A stretch of DNA of 64,000 nt from Daphnia carinata (taxonomy: Eukaryota), in assembly GCF_022539665.2 (NCBI RefSeq), contig NC_081331.1:7874001-7938000 (forward strand), given 5' to 3'. The notes under the pieces were generated by a model, which saw nothing but the letters and a program-made list of their open reading frames with translations, was not told where the DNA came from and did no database searches. Below are positions 23,911 through 38,048 of this stretch, piece after piece (position 1 is the stretch's first letter; every line of letters starts with the position of its first letter). The position numbers and the translations under genes are program-made.

Positions 23911-24233
23911 TTTGGTGTCAGAAGAGGGATCTCAACAGGCCATCGAACGACTTTTACAAAGTCGCCTACATCGGACCCGCGTGCCGCGTGCGTGGAGACA
24001 ATTTCGACTTGCCTTGGCGCCGCCATCTTGGTCTACCCCTTTGAGAATGCTGTCTGGAAGTAGTAGTTGCTGACATCGGACGAAAGAAGTCCAGAAGGTG
24101 ATCGAGTTGCAACGTTCAACAACAGTTTGTACAAACCTGTTAGCGATCACCTTGGGAACCTTGAAGAGGACACTTTTCCCGAATTTTTCGTGTATGATTT
24201 CGAAGTTTTCAAAATGTTATATTTTTGTATCAT
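23911..24233 (+). mobile_element. Internal region of the TRIM-like element, 3'-deleted
   Basis: PBS plus sequence matching 37063-37398. PPT, LTR-B and TSD are deleted. Confidence 0.85.
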
Positions 24234-24235
24234 TA

Positions 24236-24455
24236 TTTTATATGTTAAGGAAATGCTTAAATATTCGGCAGAGATAGGAGTTTCGGTTTGACAGTTTTTA
24301 TTTTAATTATTGAAAAAATAGCCAAAAAGGTTGCGCTAAGCCCTTAGATTTTTATATGTTAAGGAAACTTAAATATTCGGCAGAGATAGGAGTTTCGGTT
24401 TGACAGTTTTTATTTTAATTATTGAAAAAATAGCCAAAAAGGTTGCGCTAAGCAC
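24236..24455. repeat. ~110-bp tandem duplication at the deletion junction
   Basis: TTTTATATGTTAAGGAAA...GGTTGCGCTAAGC occurs twice in tandem here and once in the other module copies. Confidence 0.9.
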
Positions 24456-24551
24456 TTGACTGACATACTAGTATCCTCCAGACCTGCCCCGATGGAGATC
24501 ATATTGCTGTACTATATGATCCCCATCTCGCATCAGCTGATAGCTCTTACA

Positions 24552-25506
24552 TCTCTATTCAGTTCTGCATTTGAATGGGGGTCCAATGATTGGTGGACCA
24601 ATCATTGTGGGTGCCATCATCATCATACCAACGCTTGACGTTTCGAGTTGTAATTGCTTACAGACTCTTGGTACTAGTTCCCAACATTGGGAGGGTACCA
24701 TACCCAGTCATTGTTCAAGTGCCGCTACGTTAAAGATGTTCACGCAACTATTATATACCGTGAATGACGACCCCAAACCATGTTGATAACGCTAGCGGGC
24801 ATTTTCCGTCTTAAACTAATTCTCATTTAAATTCAGTGAAACTATTGCACAATGTAATAAATGAACTGTATTCAGAAAATAGTGATAAACAACATCCAAG
24901 GTAATTATAAACAAAACACTTGAGTAAATGTTTAAAATTTTCAATTATTATGTAGCACTCACGAATTAGGGCGTGGCATCACGCACCGTTAATGACATGC
25001 AAGAATACTCCATATCACCTTGCGGCCGATTTTGGCACTAGTGCATTCATGCATTGGCTTGGTGCTATTCTAGTTGTGAAGGGAAAGTAAGTTAAAGCTA
25101 ATGTAGGTTTGTCATTATTTATTTTTTGCATTCATATCCAAACGTATAAGTAGCCCTGCATGCAGCTCATCGCGTCTGTTGGGCCATAATACTTTAACAA
25201 TCACGGTTTCTAAATTTCCGCTTTGGAAAACAATGACCTTATGCCACATTCCCAGGACTTATCAAGTCTAGTTGATAATGGTTGTTCGTAATTACAATCC
25301 ATTCAGTTGTCACCATGAATATTCCACAAAGGATTTTTTGAACGTTAGTTACCTTTTGGGTTATGCGTTAAAGATTGAGTCTACATGTTCAGGTATAATA
25401 CATATGCATATGCATGCAAGTATATACATAAAATACATATGAAAACGTTGAATAATCAAAGAAGTTTGATGTTTCACGCTAGCGCTGTAGCGTACTGGCG
25501 CGCTAG
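24552..25506 (+). mobile_element. Candidate Helitron, copy 2
   Basis: Near-identical to 11251-12204 with the same flanks. Confidence 0.55.
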
Positions 25507-25664
25507 TAATGGTTTCGATTCGCACACACATTTATTTCATATTTTAGATTACTCCAAAAGTATAAACTCTACGTAAAGACAAATTCCATTTTCATGTTCC
25601 TTGAGTAATTTTTAATCAGAATCATCTATAGTTATCTAGATTCAATGCTATTATTTTTTAATAG

Positions 25665-26393
25665 GAAAAAATTTTAAGCCCGACAATATAAGCGCGGGCT
25701 TATTTTTTAACCCAACTTTACCGTTTTTTACGTTTTATTAAAAAACTTTGAGTCCCACGAGAACACAATCCTCACAATCGTGATCTCCGTTCAATTCTGC
25801 ATCGAAACCATGTATTTAAAGCGAAATCTAACATTTTGTCAAAATTGCTAAGAGAGAAGGCCTTCTCACTTTTGTCAAAATCGGAAAAAATCGAAATCTC
25901 TCGGAATGCGATGAAAATCCCACAGTATAACCCTATTTTAACGCGGATTCAGAAAAAACCATTTGTTTTATTTTCAAGTAAGCCGTTTTTGAAATAATCG
26001 TAATTTAAAGATAAAGTCGGGCTTATTTTTTTAGTCGGGCTTATTTTTTTAAACCCAACTTCCCCGTTTTTTACGTTTTATTAAAACACTATGAGTTCCA
26101 CGAGAAAACAACCCTCATATTCGTGATGCCCGTTCAATTCTGCATCGAAACCACGTATTTAAAGCGAAATCTAAAATTTTGCCAAAATTGCAAAAGTGAG
26201 AAGGCCTTCTCGCTTTTCCATTTTTCCTCAAATCCTAGATTTCATTAAAAATACAGTATTCCGATGCGAAATTGATCGCTGATCATGAAAATGGGGTATG
26301 TTTTTATATCAGACTTCTATTTTTTGAATTAACCCGTAAAAAAAACAGAAAGTCGGGCTTATTAAGTCGTGCTTAAAAATTTTTCGGTCAGTG
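25665..26393. mobile_element. CACTG-ended MITE, copy 2
   Basis: Near-identical to 12363-13094. Confidence 0.7.
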
Positions 26394-26530
26394 TATAGAC
26401 AATTAACTAGAAATGTGACCGGTAGATGGCGATAGAAGTCAAACAGAAAAAAAAAACAATATTTTTTATTTTTATTTGGGTAAAACGGATTGCCGTATTG
26501 CCATATGTACTCTTGTTTTTGGTTAACGAT

Positions 26531-27088
26531 ATGGATGCAATTACATTCAATGAGCGATGCCTGGAAGATGACTACTACTACACATTAGGTTGCGATGATT
26601 CCTCCAGTGTAAGTTTCGGTCAGATTTGTGCTGTTTGTTCTTTTTTTTTAGTTCTTTATATTCACTTCATACATAAATAGGTTGACCAAATATTAACCTA
26701 ATACAAACACAGAGTATTACGTTGTCATCCTGATAAGAATCCATATGACAAGTCCACTACTCAGTTTCAAAAACTTCAGGTAAATAGATTCTGCACATTA
26801 ACCAAGTAATGTGATAGATACAGTTAATTTCTGGTCATTCCAACAGGAAGCTAAGGAGGTGCTCTGTGACCCAGAAAAGCGAAATGATTATGGCAGATGG
26901 AAAACAAGTGGAATAACAATTTCATACAAGCAATGGATTGTCATAAATAAACGATCTACTGCCGTAAGTATTATATGTGCAACATCAGGATGTCTTTCTA
27001 TGTAGGTTTAAAGTAAAATAGATTGAAATATTAAAATTAACACAGGTTCTCCACTGGGCCATACCAAAACATGAACAAAAAATGCTAC
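26531..27088 (+). pseudogene. DNAJC12: DNAJC12 copy 2: premature TAA in exon 2 and truncated in exon 4
   Basis: ACC TAA at 26696-26701. Diverges from copy 1 after AAAATGCTAC. Confidence 0.9.
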
Positions 27089-29301
27089 AGGCAAGATAGA
27101 AACGTTCGTCAAACAAGGTAAATGCAAATTTTTCGTTCTGTACATTAATGCCATAAAGCATTTATTTTAGGACTTTGAATACCAGCAATCCTTGTAAGAA
27201 TGGAATTTTGACATTAATTTCATTGCAGAAACAATACCGAATGTATTTGCAACAGGTATTTCTTGTGAAACGAAAAAAAACTTTTTTTTTATTGATTTCA
27301 GATTTGCTGATAAAATTATATTGTTCCCTTACAAAAAACTGTATGTGCAATTGCCAAGATTTCGTTCTCAATAATAAGCTAATATTTTTTAAACAGAAGA
27401 GTCAGAAGGGGTGAAATTGTTAAATGGTAATTATGGCCAACAGATATTGATTAATGCTTTTTAGTTTGTGGTTCCGAACTGAATATTTTAAAGTACTATT
27501 CTGGTGTCATTTCTGTCAACAAGGTAAATAGGTTTCTTGTACATGTTTTCTGAAAACGTAATTGTGTTAATTATTTTTTTTTTGTCTTGTAGTTCATTAA
27601 AGGGACATACTATGTCTGAACAATGTAGATGTGAAGATACTAAGAGGAACGAGGAGTTAGGCAAGATAGGTACGTTGTTCGTCAACTAGGTAAATGCATG
27701 TTTTTTTTTATTTTTCAAAATGATTTGGCTAATATTCTATGAAAAAAAGCATGGTGTTTAGTAGGAAATCCATTTTGAAAAGATGGCAATGTCTTAACGA
27801 TACAGCAACAGCGCCAAAGAATCTCTCATTTGCATCAGAACGTGGATCGCTACACTTTCAGTTGATCGTATTTGTTTCTGCTATAATATTCATGAGCGTT
27901 TATTCGATCATTCTAAACTATGACATGTGTTTTCTTTTGTTGTTTCAAATATTTTAACCTGTCCATCGTCTGCCTAGATGAAGCTTTCTCATCGTAAACA
28001 TTTTTTTTTTCAGAAAATGAGTCTTCTGGAAGAAGAACTTTTGCCACCGAACGATTTGACATCAAACAAATGAATGTATACTTGTGAGTATTGACCAAAC
28101 AGATGTCGCGGTTCTTCATTAATCATCAGTCTCATATTTAATGTGTTCGAAAAAGAAAAACTTCAAATAGTTGGAAAAATGCCAACGTTAAAGACTGTAT
28201 TGGATGGTGACGTGACGTGACGTGACGTTACGGCCATCATAACAGTTCCGACATTTGTGTCACATGGGGAAGAGAAACATTTTGACCCGTAATGATGCAT
28301 CACTCGTGTCAATTGCACTAAAACCCTATAATCTTTTTTTTTTCTTAAAATCTTTTTAAACATACTGAATAGTAAAAAATGTCATTGAAAATATTATCCT
28401 CTATTTCTGCGGCTCGAAAAATCTTTTCTCGTCCTGCGAATGGTATTATTTTAAAATTAATTACACACCTGATTGTTACATTGAGTTAATTGTATTTTTT
28501 TTCTGTATCACGATACGGCGATTTTTTTTCCTACTTCGTCTTACGCAATTATCTTCAGCTACACAATCATGGCAAATGACTGTCAATGGCATTAACAACC
28601 CATGATTACTTTGTAATTTTTGTATTATTAATTATTAGGAAACATTTATACATCACACACATTTTATTACAACTGACACATTTACATAATTGACACCAGA
28701 AACATACACACACACATGACACCAATTACACTTTCTGCAACTATTGGGTATTAAACCCTAATATTCGGCATAGCTTGCCGATACTCAACCATTGAGCTAT
28801 AGTCACATATAATTTCAGTCTCGTATACCTTGAATCAACGCACGATCATTTTGTATAGTCAATGTTTTCTTCTTGCTATGCTATTTGCCAGTCTGATCAG
28901 CGACTGTATAACTATCATAGCTTATTTGTAAAGCGTCTGGCTGCGGGTATCAACACACTAAGGTTGAAACCCAGTTCGATGCTCAACCTTGGACTAAATT
29001 CACACATGAATTCTCTCTTCTATAGCTTGAGTCATAATATTATTATATAGTCAATGTATCTCATCTCGATATGCTATTTGTTAGTCTCCTTTCTTATGGT
29101 GTAAATACCGCAGATTATACGTAGAAAGTCCGCTTTTGACTTCAGTAATTGCTCACACAGGAATAACACAGTTTTGCACACACAATCAGATCGGTTGAGC
29201 ACCAAACTGATCTTGGTACTTTTCTCTCGATTGTTTTCACCTGTTTCACTTCACGTTGAGGGGAAGCACACGTGCACTGTGGGAGCTTGTGGTAGTTCTC
29301 T

Positions 29302-31217
29302 CTATGGATTAATGCAACGGTTTATTTGTATCTGGACTGCTGGAACTGCCGATTGCACAACCGCCAGACTAATATTTGAAATTGCTAATTCTTCAATCGC
29401 GGCTGTTACATCATTATTGGATCCCAATTCTTCGTTTTTTTCTCCTGAAAATGAACGAAAACCAGTAAATAAAAGATCTATGTAGTAGATCAAATTGTCC
29501 TAATGATAGTATTGAATAAGAATAAAAAAGCGAGACGAAAAACACAACAACTTAAACGATAATCTGGGAATGAAATCCCAAACCGAATGCTGACCTATTG
29601 AAGCTAAGAGGATCATTGAAGGAATTATCACCAAGTCTGTTGAAGTTGTCCATCATGACTACTGCTGGCGATGACTGAGGCAACGGAAGGTCAAATTTGG
29701 CTTCGATTTCCCTTAAACTAGGCGGAATGATGACCTCAGCGCGAGTTTCCGAGTATTCTTCCTCTGCATAAATATTGGCAGCGGTGCCCAAAAGAAGAAT
29801 AATCAATCCGCACACGAACAGTACCTAACGCACGGAGAATTCTTTAGTTATTGCGAGTGACAAAATTCTTCGAAGACCCACTTTGGCAATCCAGCGTTCA
29901 CCAGAAGTCGATGGGACAACTTGCAGATAAATCCACGCAGGCGCAACACAACAAACTGCCGTTCCTGAAGTGGCACCCACCAGACCTAAAACGAACTCGA
30001 CATTCGGAATGCAGATACCAACAGACACCAATCGACATTTATATTTTCTTTTTCATCTTATTGTACTAGATTTCAATAAACTTTACCTATTATTAAGGTT
30101 GCCGTGACGATTATGAATGTCAGGATTTTGAAACGGAAATCCGAAAGTGAGCCGGTTGTTCCTCCTGACATCCCGCCACTAGTTTCAGACGTCTGAAGGG
30201 ATTCCTCAACTTAAAAAACAAACAAAAGCAAACACTTTGGCATAACGATTACATCATCAATGAATTAACGCTTTACCTTTCCATACACTAATGAATGAAA
30301 GCTTGTCCTGCAGGGCAAAACACACGACGGAAAGCTCAAGATAATCGATAGCAGGAATCCCACTTTCATAAGGTCAGTTACAAAAGACGGCGCAAAAATT
30401 ATGAGGATATTGCCTAGTCGAGACAAAATATGACCCAATGAAATTCGTCAGATTTTCCTAGGCAAAAAGTTTACAATATGTTGACTTGCCAGTAAAATGC
30501 GTATCCGCAAAGGCTAGGTAGCCAGCTATTCCTACCCCCATGTACATAAAAGTGCACAAATCAATGGCTGTCGATATTACTCGATCCATTGCTTTTAGGG
30601 AAGGTTCTGGTATACTTCGAACACCTGCCTATGCATTTAAAAAGCTGATCATTAAATCTGGCATTCTCCTTGTCAATTTAAATATTTCCACTCACGTTTG
30701 GCATCATAAAGCCATGGAAAATATCGGTACGCATTGGAGTACACCCCCCATTTTCCATACTTCAATATTTGAAGACATTCCTTCGGTTAGGCCCTGGACA
30801 CCAGCCTCAAAGAAGGACTGAAAAAAAAATCTGTCATAACTGCACTGTTATTTTGGTAGCATACTTCATGTAGAAGGATGCATAAAACATAATTAAGGGC
30901 AGGGAATCATATACATGCTTTCAAAACCAATAACATGTACTACATAGCCACAGAAACTGTTGACACTACATCCAATGTTTCAATATCTCTCAAGAGGCAC
31001 AGAGGTATATGATGAACATGCCATTTCCTGTGTATGATTAAGTTATATATTTTAGAACCTTATGGAAATAATATCACTGGCATCCAGTAGAGAGCTTACC
31101 TGCCATAAGAATAAGTATTCGTGCTGACTGCAAGGAGTAATTTACACCTATTTTGATTAATATTTCTGGACCGAGATCGCCAAGTACAACCAGATAGGCA
31201 ATGCAGCAGCCCAGATA
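29302..31217 (-). pseudogene. SLC38A10: SLC38A10-like fragment, copy 2
   Basis: Near-identical to 9098-11017. Confidence 0.8.
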
Positions 31218-31450
31218 ATGGCTATTTCCTCATTTCGCCCTTAGATTTTTATATGTTAAGGAAATGCTTAAATATTCGGCAGAGATAGGAGTTTCGGTTT
31301 GACAGTTTTTATTTTAATTATTGAAAAAATAGCCAAAAAGGTTGCGCTAAGCACTTGACTGACATACTAGTATCCTCCAGACCTGCCCCGATGGAGATCA
31401 TATTGCTGTACTATATGATCCCCATCTCGCATCAGCTGATAGCTCTTACA

Positions 31451-32404
31451 TCTCTATTCAGTTCTGCATTGGAATGGGGGCCAATGATTGGTGGACCAAT
31501 CATTGTGGGTGCCATCATCATCATACCAACGCTTGACGTTTCGAGTTGTAATTGCTTACAGACTCTTGGTACTAGTTCCCAACATTGGGAGGGTACCATA
31601 CCCAGTCATTGTTCAAGTGCCGCTACGTTAAAGATGTTCACGCAACTATTATATACCGTGAATGACGACCCCAAACCATGTTGATAACGCTAGCGGGCAT
31701 TTTCCGTCTTAAACTAATTCTCATTTAAATTCAGTGAAACTATTGCACAATGTAATAAATGAACTGTATTCAGAAAATAGTGATAAACAACATCCAAGGT
31801 AATTATAAACAAAACACTTGAGTAAATGTTTAAAATTTTCAATTATTATGTAGCACTCACGAATTAGGGCGTGGCATCACGCACCGTTAATGACATGCAA
31901 GAATACTCCATATCACCTTGCGGCCGATTTTGGCACTAGTGCATTCATGCATTGGCTTGGTGCTATTCTAGTTGTGAAGGGAAAGTAAGTTAAAGCTAAT
32001 GTAGGTTTGTCATTATTTATTTTTTGCATTCATATCCAAACGTATAAGTAGCCCTGCATGCAGCTCATCGCGTCTGTTGGGCCATAATACTTTAACAATC
32101 ACGGTTTCTAAATTTCCGCTTTGGAAAACAATGACCTTATGCCACATTCCCAGGACTTATCAAGTCTAGTTGATAATGGTTGTTCGTAATTACAATCCAT
32201 TCAGTTGTCACCATGAATATTCCACAAAGGATTTTTTGAACGTTAGTTACCTTTTGGGTTATGCGTTAAAGATTGAGTCTACATGTTCAGGTATAATACA
32301 TATGCATATGCATGCAAGTATATACATAAAATACATATGCAAACGTTGAATAATCAAAGAAGTTTGATGTTTCACGCTAGCGCTGTAGCGTACTGGCGCG
32401 CTAG
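31451..32404 (+). mobile_element. Candidate Helitron, copy 3
   Basis: Near-identical to copy 1. Confidence 0.55.
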
Positions 32405-32562
32405 TAATGGTTTCGTTTCGCACACACATTTATTTCATATTTTAGATTACTCCAAAAGTATAAACTCTACGTAAAGACAAATTCCATTTTCATGTTCCTT
32501 GAGTAATTTTTAATCAGAATCATCTATAGTTATCTAGATTTAATGCTATTATTTTTTAATAG

Positions 32563-33292
32563 GAAAAAATTTTAAGCCCGACAATATAAGCGCGGGCTTA
32601 TTTTTTAACCCAACTTTATCGTTTTTTACGTTTTATTAAAAAACTTTGAGTCCCACGAGAACACAATCCTCACAATCGTGATCTCCGTTCAATTCTGCAT
32701 CGAAACCATGTATTTAAAGCGAAATCTAACATTTTGTCAAAATTGCTAAGAGAGAAGGCTATAGCCTTCTCACTTTTGTCAAAATCGGAAAAAATCGAAA
32801 TCTCACGGAATGCGATGAAAATCCCACAGTATAACCCTATTTTAACGCGGATTCAGAAAAAACCATTTGTTTTATTTTCAAGTAAGCCGTTTTTGAAATA
32901 ATCGTAATTTAAAGATAAAGTCGGGCTTATTTTTTTAAACCCAACTTCCCCGTTTTTTACGTTTTATTAAAACACTATGAGTTCCACGAGAAAACAACCC
33001 TCATATTCGTGATGCCCGTTCAATTCTGCATCGAAACCACGTATTTAAAGCGAAATCTAAAATTTTGCCAAAATTGCAAAAGTGAGAAGGCCTTCTCGCT
33101 TTTCCATTTTTCCTCAAATCCTAGATTTCATTAAAAATACAGTATTCCGATGCGAAATTAATCGCTGATCATGAAAATGGGGTATGTTTTTATATCAGAC
33201 TTCTATTTTTTGAATTACCCGTAAAAAAACAGAAAGTCGGGCTTATTAAGTCGGGCATATTTAGTCGGGCTTAAAAATTTTTTCGGTCAGTG
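32563..33292. mobile_element. CACTG-ended MITE, copy 3
   Basis: Near-identical to copy 1. Confidence 0.7.
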
Positions 33293-33430
33293 TATAGACA
33301 ATTAACTAGAAATGTGACCGGTAGATGGCGATAGAAGTCAAATAGAAAAAAAAACCCAATATTTTTTATTTTTATTTGGGTAAAACGGATTGCCGTATTG
33401 CCATATGTACTCTTGTTTTTGGTTAACGAT

Positions 33431-34110
33431 ATGGATGCAATTACATTCAATGAGCGATGCCTGGAAGATGACTACTACTACACATTAGTTTGCGATGATT
33501 CCTCCAGTGTAAGTTTCGGTCAGATTTGTGCTGTTTGTTCTTTTTTTTTAGTTCTTTATATTCACTTCATACATAAATAGGTTGACCAAATATTAACCTA
33601 ATACAAACACAGAGTATTACGTTGTCATCCTGATAAGAATCCATATGACAAGTCCACTACTCAGTTTCAAAAACTTCAGGTAAATAGATTCTGCACATTA
33701 ACCAAGTAATGTGATAGATACAGTTAATTTCTGGTCATTCCAACAGGAAGCTAAGGAGGTGCTCTGTGACCCAGAAAAGCGAAATGATTATGGCAGATGG
33801 AAAACAAGTGGAATAACAATTTCATACAAGCAATGGATTGTCATAAATAAACGATCTACTGCCGTAAGTATTATATGTGCAACATCAGGATGTCTTTCTA
33901 TGTAGGTTTAAAGTAAAATAGATTGAAATATTAAAATTAACACAGGTTCTCCACTGGGCCATACCAAAACATGAACAAAAAATGCTACGATCAAGCAGTA
34001 GCAAGTCAGAGATAATAAAACTGAAACAAAGTAAGCTTTCACCTAAAATTGGTTCACAATATTGTTCATACAATTCCATCCTAGAAAAGTTTAGGAACTA
34101 TGAAATATGA
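33431..34110 (+). pseudogene. DNAJC12: DNAJC12 copy 3: full exon set with premature TAA (33599-33601)
   Basis: Same exon structure as copy 1, ending FRNYEI*. Confidence 0.9.
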
Positions 34111-34604
34111 AAAAGAAAATCTTTGAACATCTGAATTTATTTTACTAGTGTATTCAATATTGACTGTTGCAGTTGTGTAATATTAACTCGATGAAAAGCT
34201 GAATAAAATATGTGCATATAAAGCAAGCATCTTTCGAACCGTTCGGTCATTAAGTTGAATGCTACTTAAATGGGTTCCAATCGACATTACTTGTGTATTC
34301 TCGATCAGGCACTGGCATTTAAAGATGCACTTCTAGTTCTTCAAATGCTAATGCCCAACTAATCTCACCAAAGAAATACAATTGAAGTAGGTCAGTTTAC
34401 TTTGTTCAACAACTTAGCCAGCTCCAGCGCCAAAGAAGTAAAATTAGGCGCAATTGTAGCTCGCATTGCCGACAGACAAATTAATCACCTACTGAATACT
34501 ACTGGAACGGATCTTTATTTCTAGGGTTCTTATAATTGCCAATGATTAAAGTTACATGAGAAACTAGCACAATGCGCAAGAGAAGCTAAAACACGTTTCT
34601 TGAA

Positions 34605-34911
34605 TTAGGCTTCCAATTCCAGCGCCATACCAATTTTGTGACCTCCTTGGTTGAAGTTTTTCAGATCAACCATTGACGATAGGGTAATGGTAACACCTGA
34701 ATACGAAAAAGAATAAGCCTCAATATGATTTAACTTTCAGTTACAACGTACCCTGGCGGAGTTTTTGCTGATAGCCAAGGCCAAGCTGGGAAGCGTTATT
34801 GATCTTGGCGCGGACTGCACTGTCGTTATCTAACTGGTACTTGCAACCAATACCGAATCGGGTGGCATTTGAACCGGCAGTCCAGGCAAGTTGGACACCT
34901 GTTTCTAGATT
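34605..34911 (-). pseudogene. VDAC: VDAC 3' fragment, copy 2
   Basis: Same peptide as 14411-14717. Confidence 0.92.
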
Positions 34912-36101
34912 AGCCCGAGTACTACCCTGCACCGAGCTATTACACAGAGGCGCCAGTGTATTATTAGACAACAACGTACGCCACTCAAAGCTACTACACC
35001 GAAGCTCCCGCCTACTATACCACAAAGGCCCCTGAGTATTACACCACAACCTACGCTTCTCCGTCTTACTACACTGAGGCCTCAAAATATTACTCAGCTC
35101 CGAGCTACACAACAACTGTGTCGTACTACACCACGACAGAGGCGCCCAAGTACTACGTGGCTCCAACATACTACCCCGTAGCTGGCCCGTCTTACTATGC
35201 TGAGCCTGCATACTACGCTGAAGCCCCGAAGTCTTACGCTGCTCTAAGTTACTACCCAACGACTGCTCCTTCGTACTACGTGGAACCTAGCTACTACACC
35301 ACAACTTATGCTGCCCCGTCTTACCACACAGAGGCTCCTCAATACTACACCACGAAGGCTGCTGAATACTATACCACGACTTACGCCGCTCCAGCCTATT
35401 ACAGTGAGGCTCCTCAGTACTACACTACAAAGGCTCCCGAGTACACAACATATGCTGCGCCAAGCTACTATACCGAGCCTCCCATGTACTACACCACAAC
35501 GTACGCCGCTCCAGCTTACTACACCGAAGCTACCAAGTATTACTCAGCCCCAAGCTACTACCCGACTGAGGCGCCACAATACACCACCACGTATGCTGCT
35601 CCAGTTTATTACACCGAAGCTCCTGAATACTACACCACAAAGGCTCCTGAATACTACACGACTAAAGCCCCGGAGTATTACACACAGAAGGCTGAATACT
35701 ACACCACAACGTACACTGCCCCGGCTTACTACACTGCAGCTCCCAAGTATTACCAGACTGAGGCTCCGCAATACTACACTACAAAGGCTCCTGAATACTA
35801 CACCACAACGTATGCTGCTCCGAGCTACTATTCCGAAACCCCCAAGTACTACGCCACTACCTACGCTGCCCCGGCTTATTACACCGAGGCTCCGCAATAC
35901 TACACCACCAAGGCTGTTGAATACTACATGACGAAAGCCTCGGAGTACTACATCAAGAAAGCAGAATACTACACCACAACTTACGCAGCTCCATCTTACT
36001 TCACTGAGGCTCCCCAATACTATACTACAACGGCCCCCGAGTACTACACCACACCGTATGCTGCACCAAGCTATTACACTGAGCGTCCCAGGTATTATTA
36101 A
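34912..36101 (+). pseudogene. Tyr/Thr repeat protein, 5'-truncated, copy 2
   Basis: 327-codon ORF 35118-36101, near-identical to 14924-15910. Confidence 0.8.
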
Positions 36102-36605
36102 TCGTAAAAATACGTTGTCCGTCAAGCTCAATAGTTAAAAATAATTAGATCTTGTTTTATTATTGGCTGCCCTCGTTCCAAAATGAGTATTTTCCTGCAT
36201 TGTGTTTATGCAATAACTAGTCGCCCCATACGCATTTGGTTTATACCTGAAATATTGAATACAGCTATTATGTCGTTACTCAATCTACGTGTTTTTAGTT
36301 TTAATTACATAAAGCGGATGAAGGCGATTTTAATTAGTGTTCGTACAACATCGTAATTTCTGAACAGACTTGTGCATTATGACCTTTGTGGGAAATATAT
36401 CATGGTTCTTCGTAAAATTGCAATGAATTTATTTATACAGTCGCTTAGCACAAAGTCGCATTTATTCATTGCGTTAGTCCACAAGCATTGTTGAGTTGTG
36501 GACTAACTTCCACAAGTTGTTGTGTTTAAAATGTATTTATCTTTCGCTATTTAATTGAATAGCAAAATGAAATGTAAATATTTTTTCCAGTTTGCATTTA
36601 CACAG

Positions 36606-37808
36606 TGTTGCAATTATTGCCCTCTTTTGTCTGTCATGTGTTCCAAGTGCTGCCATCTGTCCCCAACTTTGTTACTTCACTTCCTTTTCCATAGAGGTCA
36701 GGTCGAACGGGAGTCGACCTCAGGCCTCTCTTTCACTTACTCTGGGACTCGGGATTTGGCCCGAGATCCGACAGGACGTTAAGAGGGGGCTCTGCCGTTG
36801 GCTGGCCGCCCTCGCGTTAGTCCTTAAGAAGGAGCTTTGCTGGATTGCTGGCTTCCCTTCGCGACGTGAGTGTAAATTAGTATATGTGTTGTAAGTATTG
36901 TGTGTATAATTGTGTTGAATGCCTTGTTGTATGTGTGTGTATGAATTGTGTTGAATGGCTTTGTTGAATGTCTGTGTTATAGTGTCGTGTACGTGTCTTG
37001 AATAATGTGTTTTGTATGTATAAATGTGTCAGTTTGTTGGTATAAATGAAGAAACTGTAACATTTGGTGTCAGAAGAGGGATCTCAACAGGCCATCGAAC
37101 GACTTTTACAAAGTCGCCTACATGGCCGAACATATGAACCTACAGGACCCGCGTGCCGCGTGCGTGGAGACAATTTCGACTTGCCTTGGCGCCGCCATCT
37201 TGGTCTACCCCTTTGAGAATGCTGTCTGGAAGTAGTAGTTGCTGACATCGGACGAAAGAAGTCCAGAAGGTGATCGAGTTGCAACGTTCAACAACAGAAC
37301 CTGTTAGCGATCACCTTGGGAACCTTGAAGAGGACACTTTTCCCGAATTTTTCGTGTATGATTTCGAAGTTTTCAAAATGTTATATTTTTGTATCATTGG
37401 CAAACTTCGAGTCAGGAAAGGCCGACTGTTACAACTATTGCCCTCTTTCGTCTGTTGTATTTTGATTTGTGCTGCCATCTTGTGTTTGACGTCATAACCA
37501 TGTTTGTCACCCTTCCACCCCTAGAGGTCATGTCGAACCTAGTCGACCTCTGGCCTCTGTTTTATTCAGTCTGGGACTCGGGATTTGGCCCGACGTCCGA
37601 CAGGACGTAAAGAGGGGCTCTGCCGTTGGCTGGCCGCCCTCGTGTAAGTCCTTAAGAAGGAGCTTTGCTGGAAAGCTGGCTTCCCTTCGCGATTGTATTG
37701 TTGTATATAGTATTATGTGTATGTATTATGTCATTTGATATTTTGTATGTCGGTGTTTTGTGTAATGTCCCTGTGTAATTGTGTGCCTAAATGAAGCAAA
37801 CTACAACA
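36606..37808 (+). mobile_element. TRIM-like non-coding LTR element (1203 bp) with two dissimilar LTRs and an ACAG TSD
   Basis: LTR-A 36606-37062, PBS, 364-bp non-coding interior, PPT GAGTCAGGAAAGGCCGA, LTR-B 37427-37808 (TGTTACA...TACAACA, 382 bp). ACAG at 36602-36605 and 37809-37812. Confidence 0.9.
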
Positions 37809-38048
37809 ACAGCTAATGGCTATTTCCTCATTTCGCCCTTAGATTTTTATATGTTAAGGAAATGCTTAAATATTCGGCAGAGATAGGAGTTTCGGTTTGA
37901 CAGTTTTTATTTTAATTATTGAAAAAATAGCCAAAAAGGTTGCGCTAAGCACTTGACTGACATACTAGTATCCTCCAGACCTGCCCCGATGGAGATCATA
38001 TTGCTGTACTATATGATCCCCATCTCGCATCAGCTGATAGCTCTTACA

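Larger units (their letters stand above)
27485..37131. repeat. Segmental duplication, copy 2 (partner 7278-16940)
   Basis: Same ORFs as copy 1 at an offset of ~20.2 kb. Confidence 0.95.
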
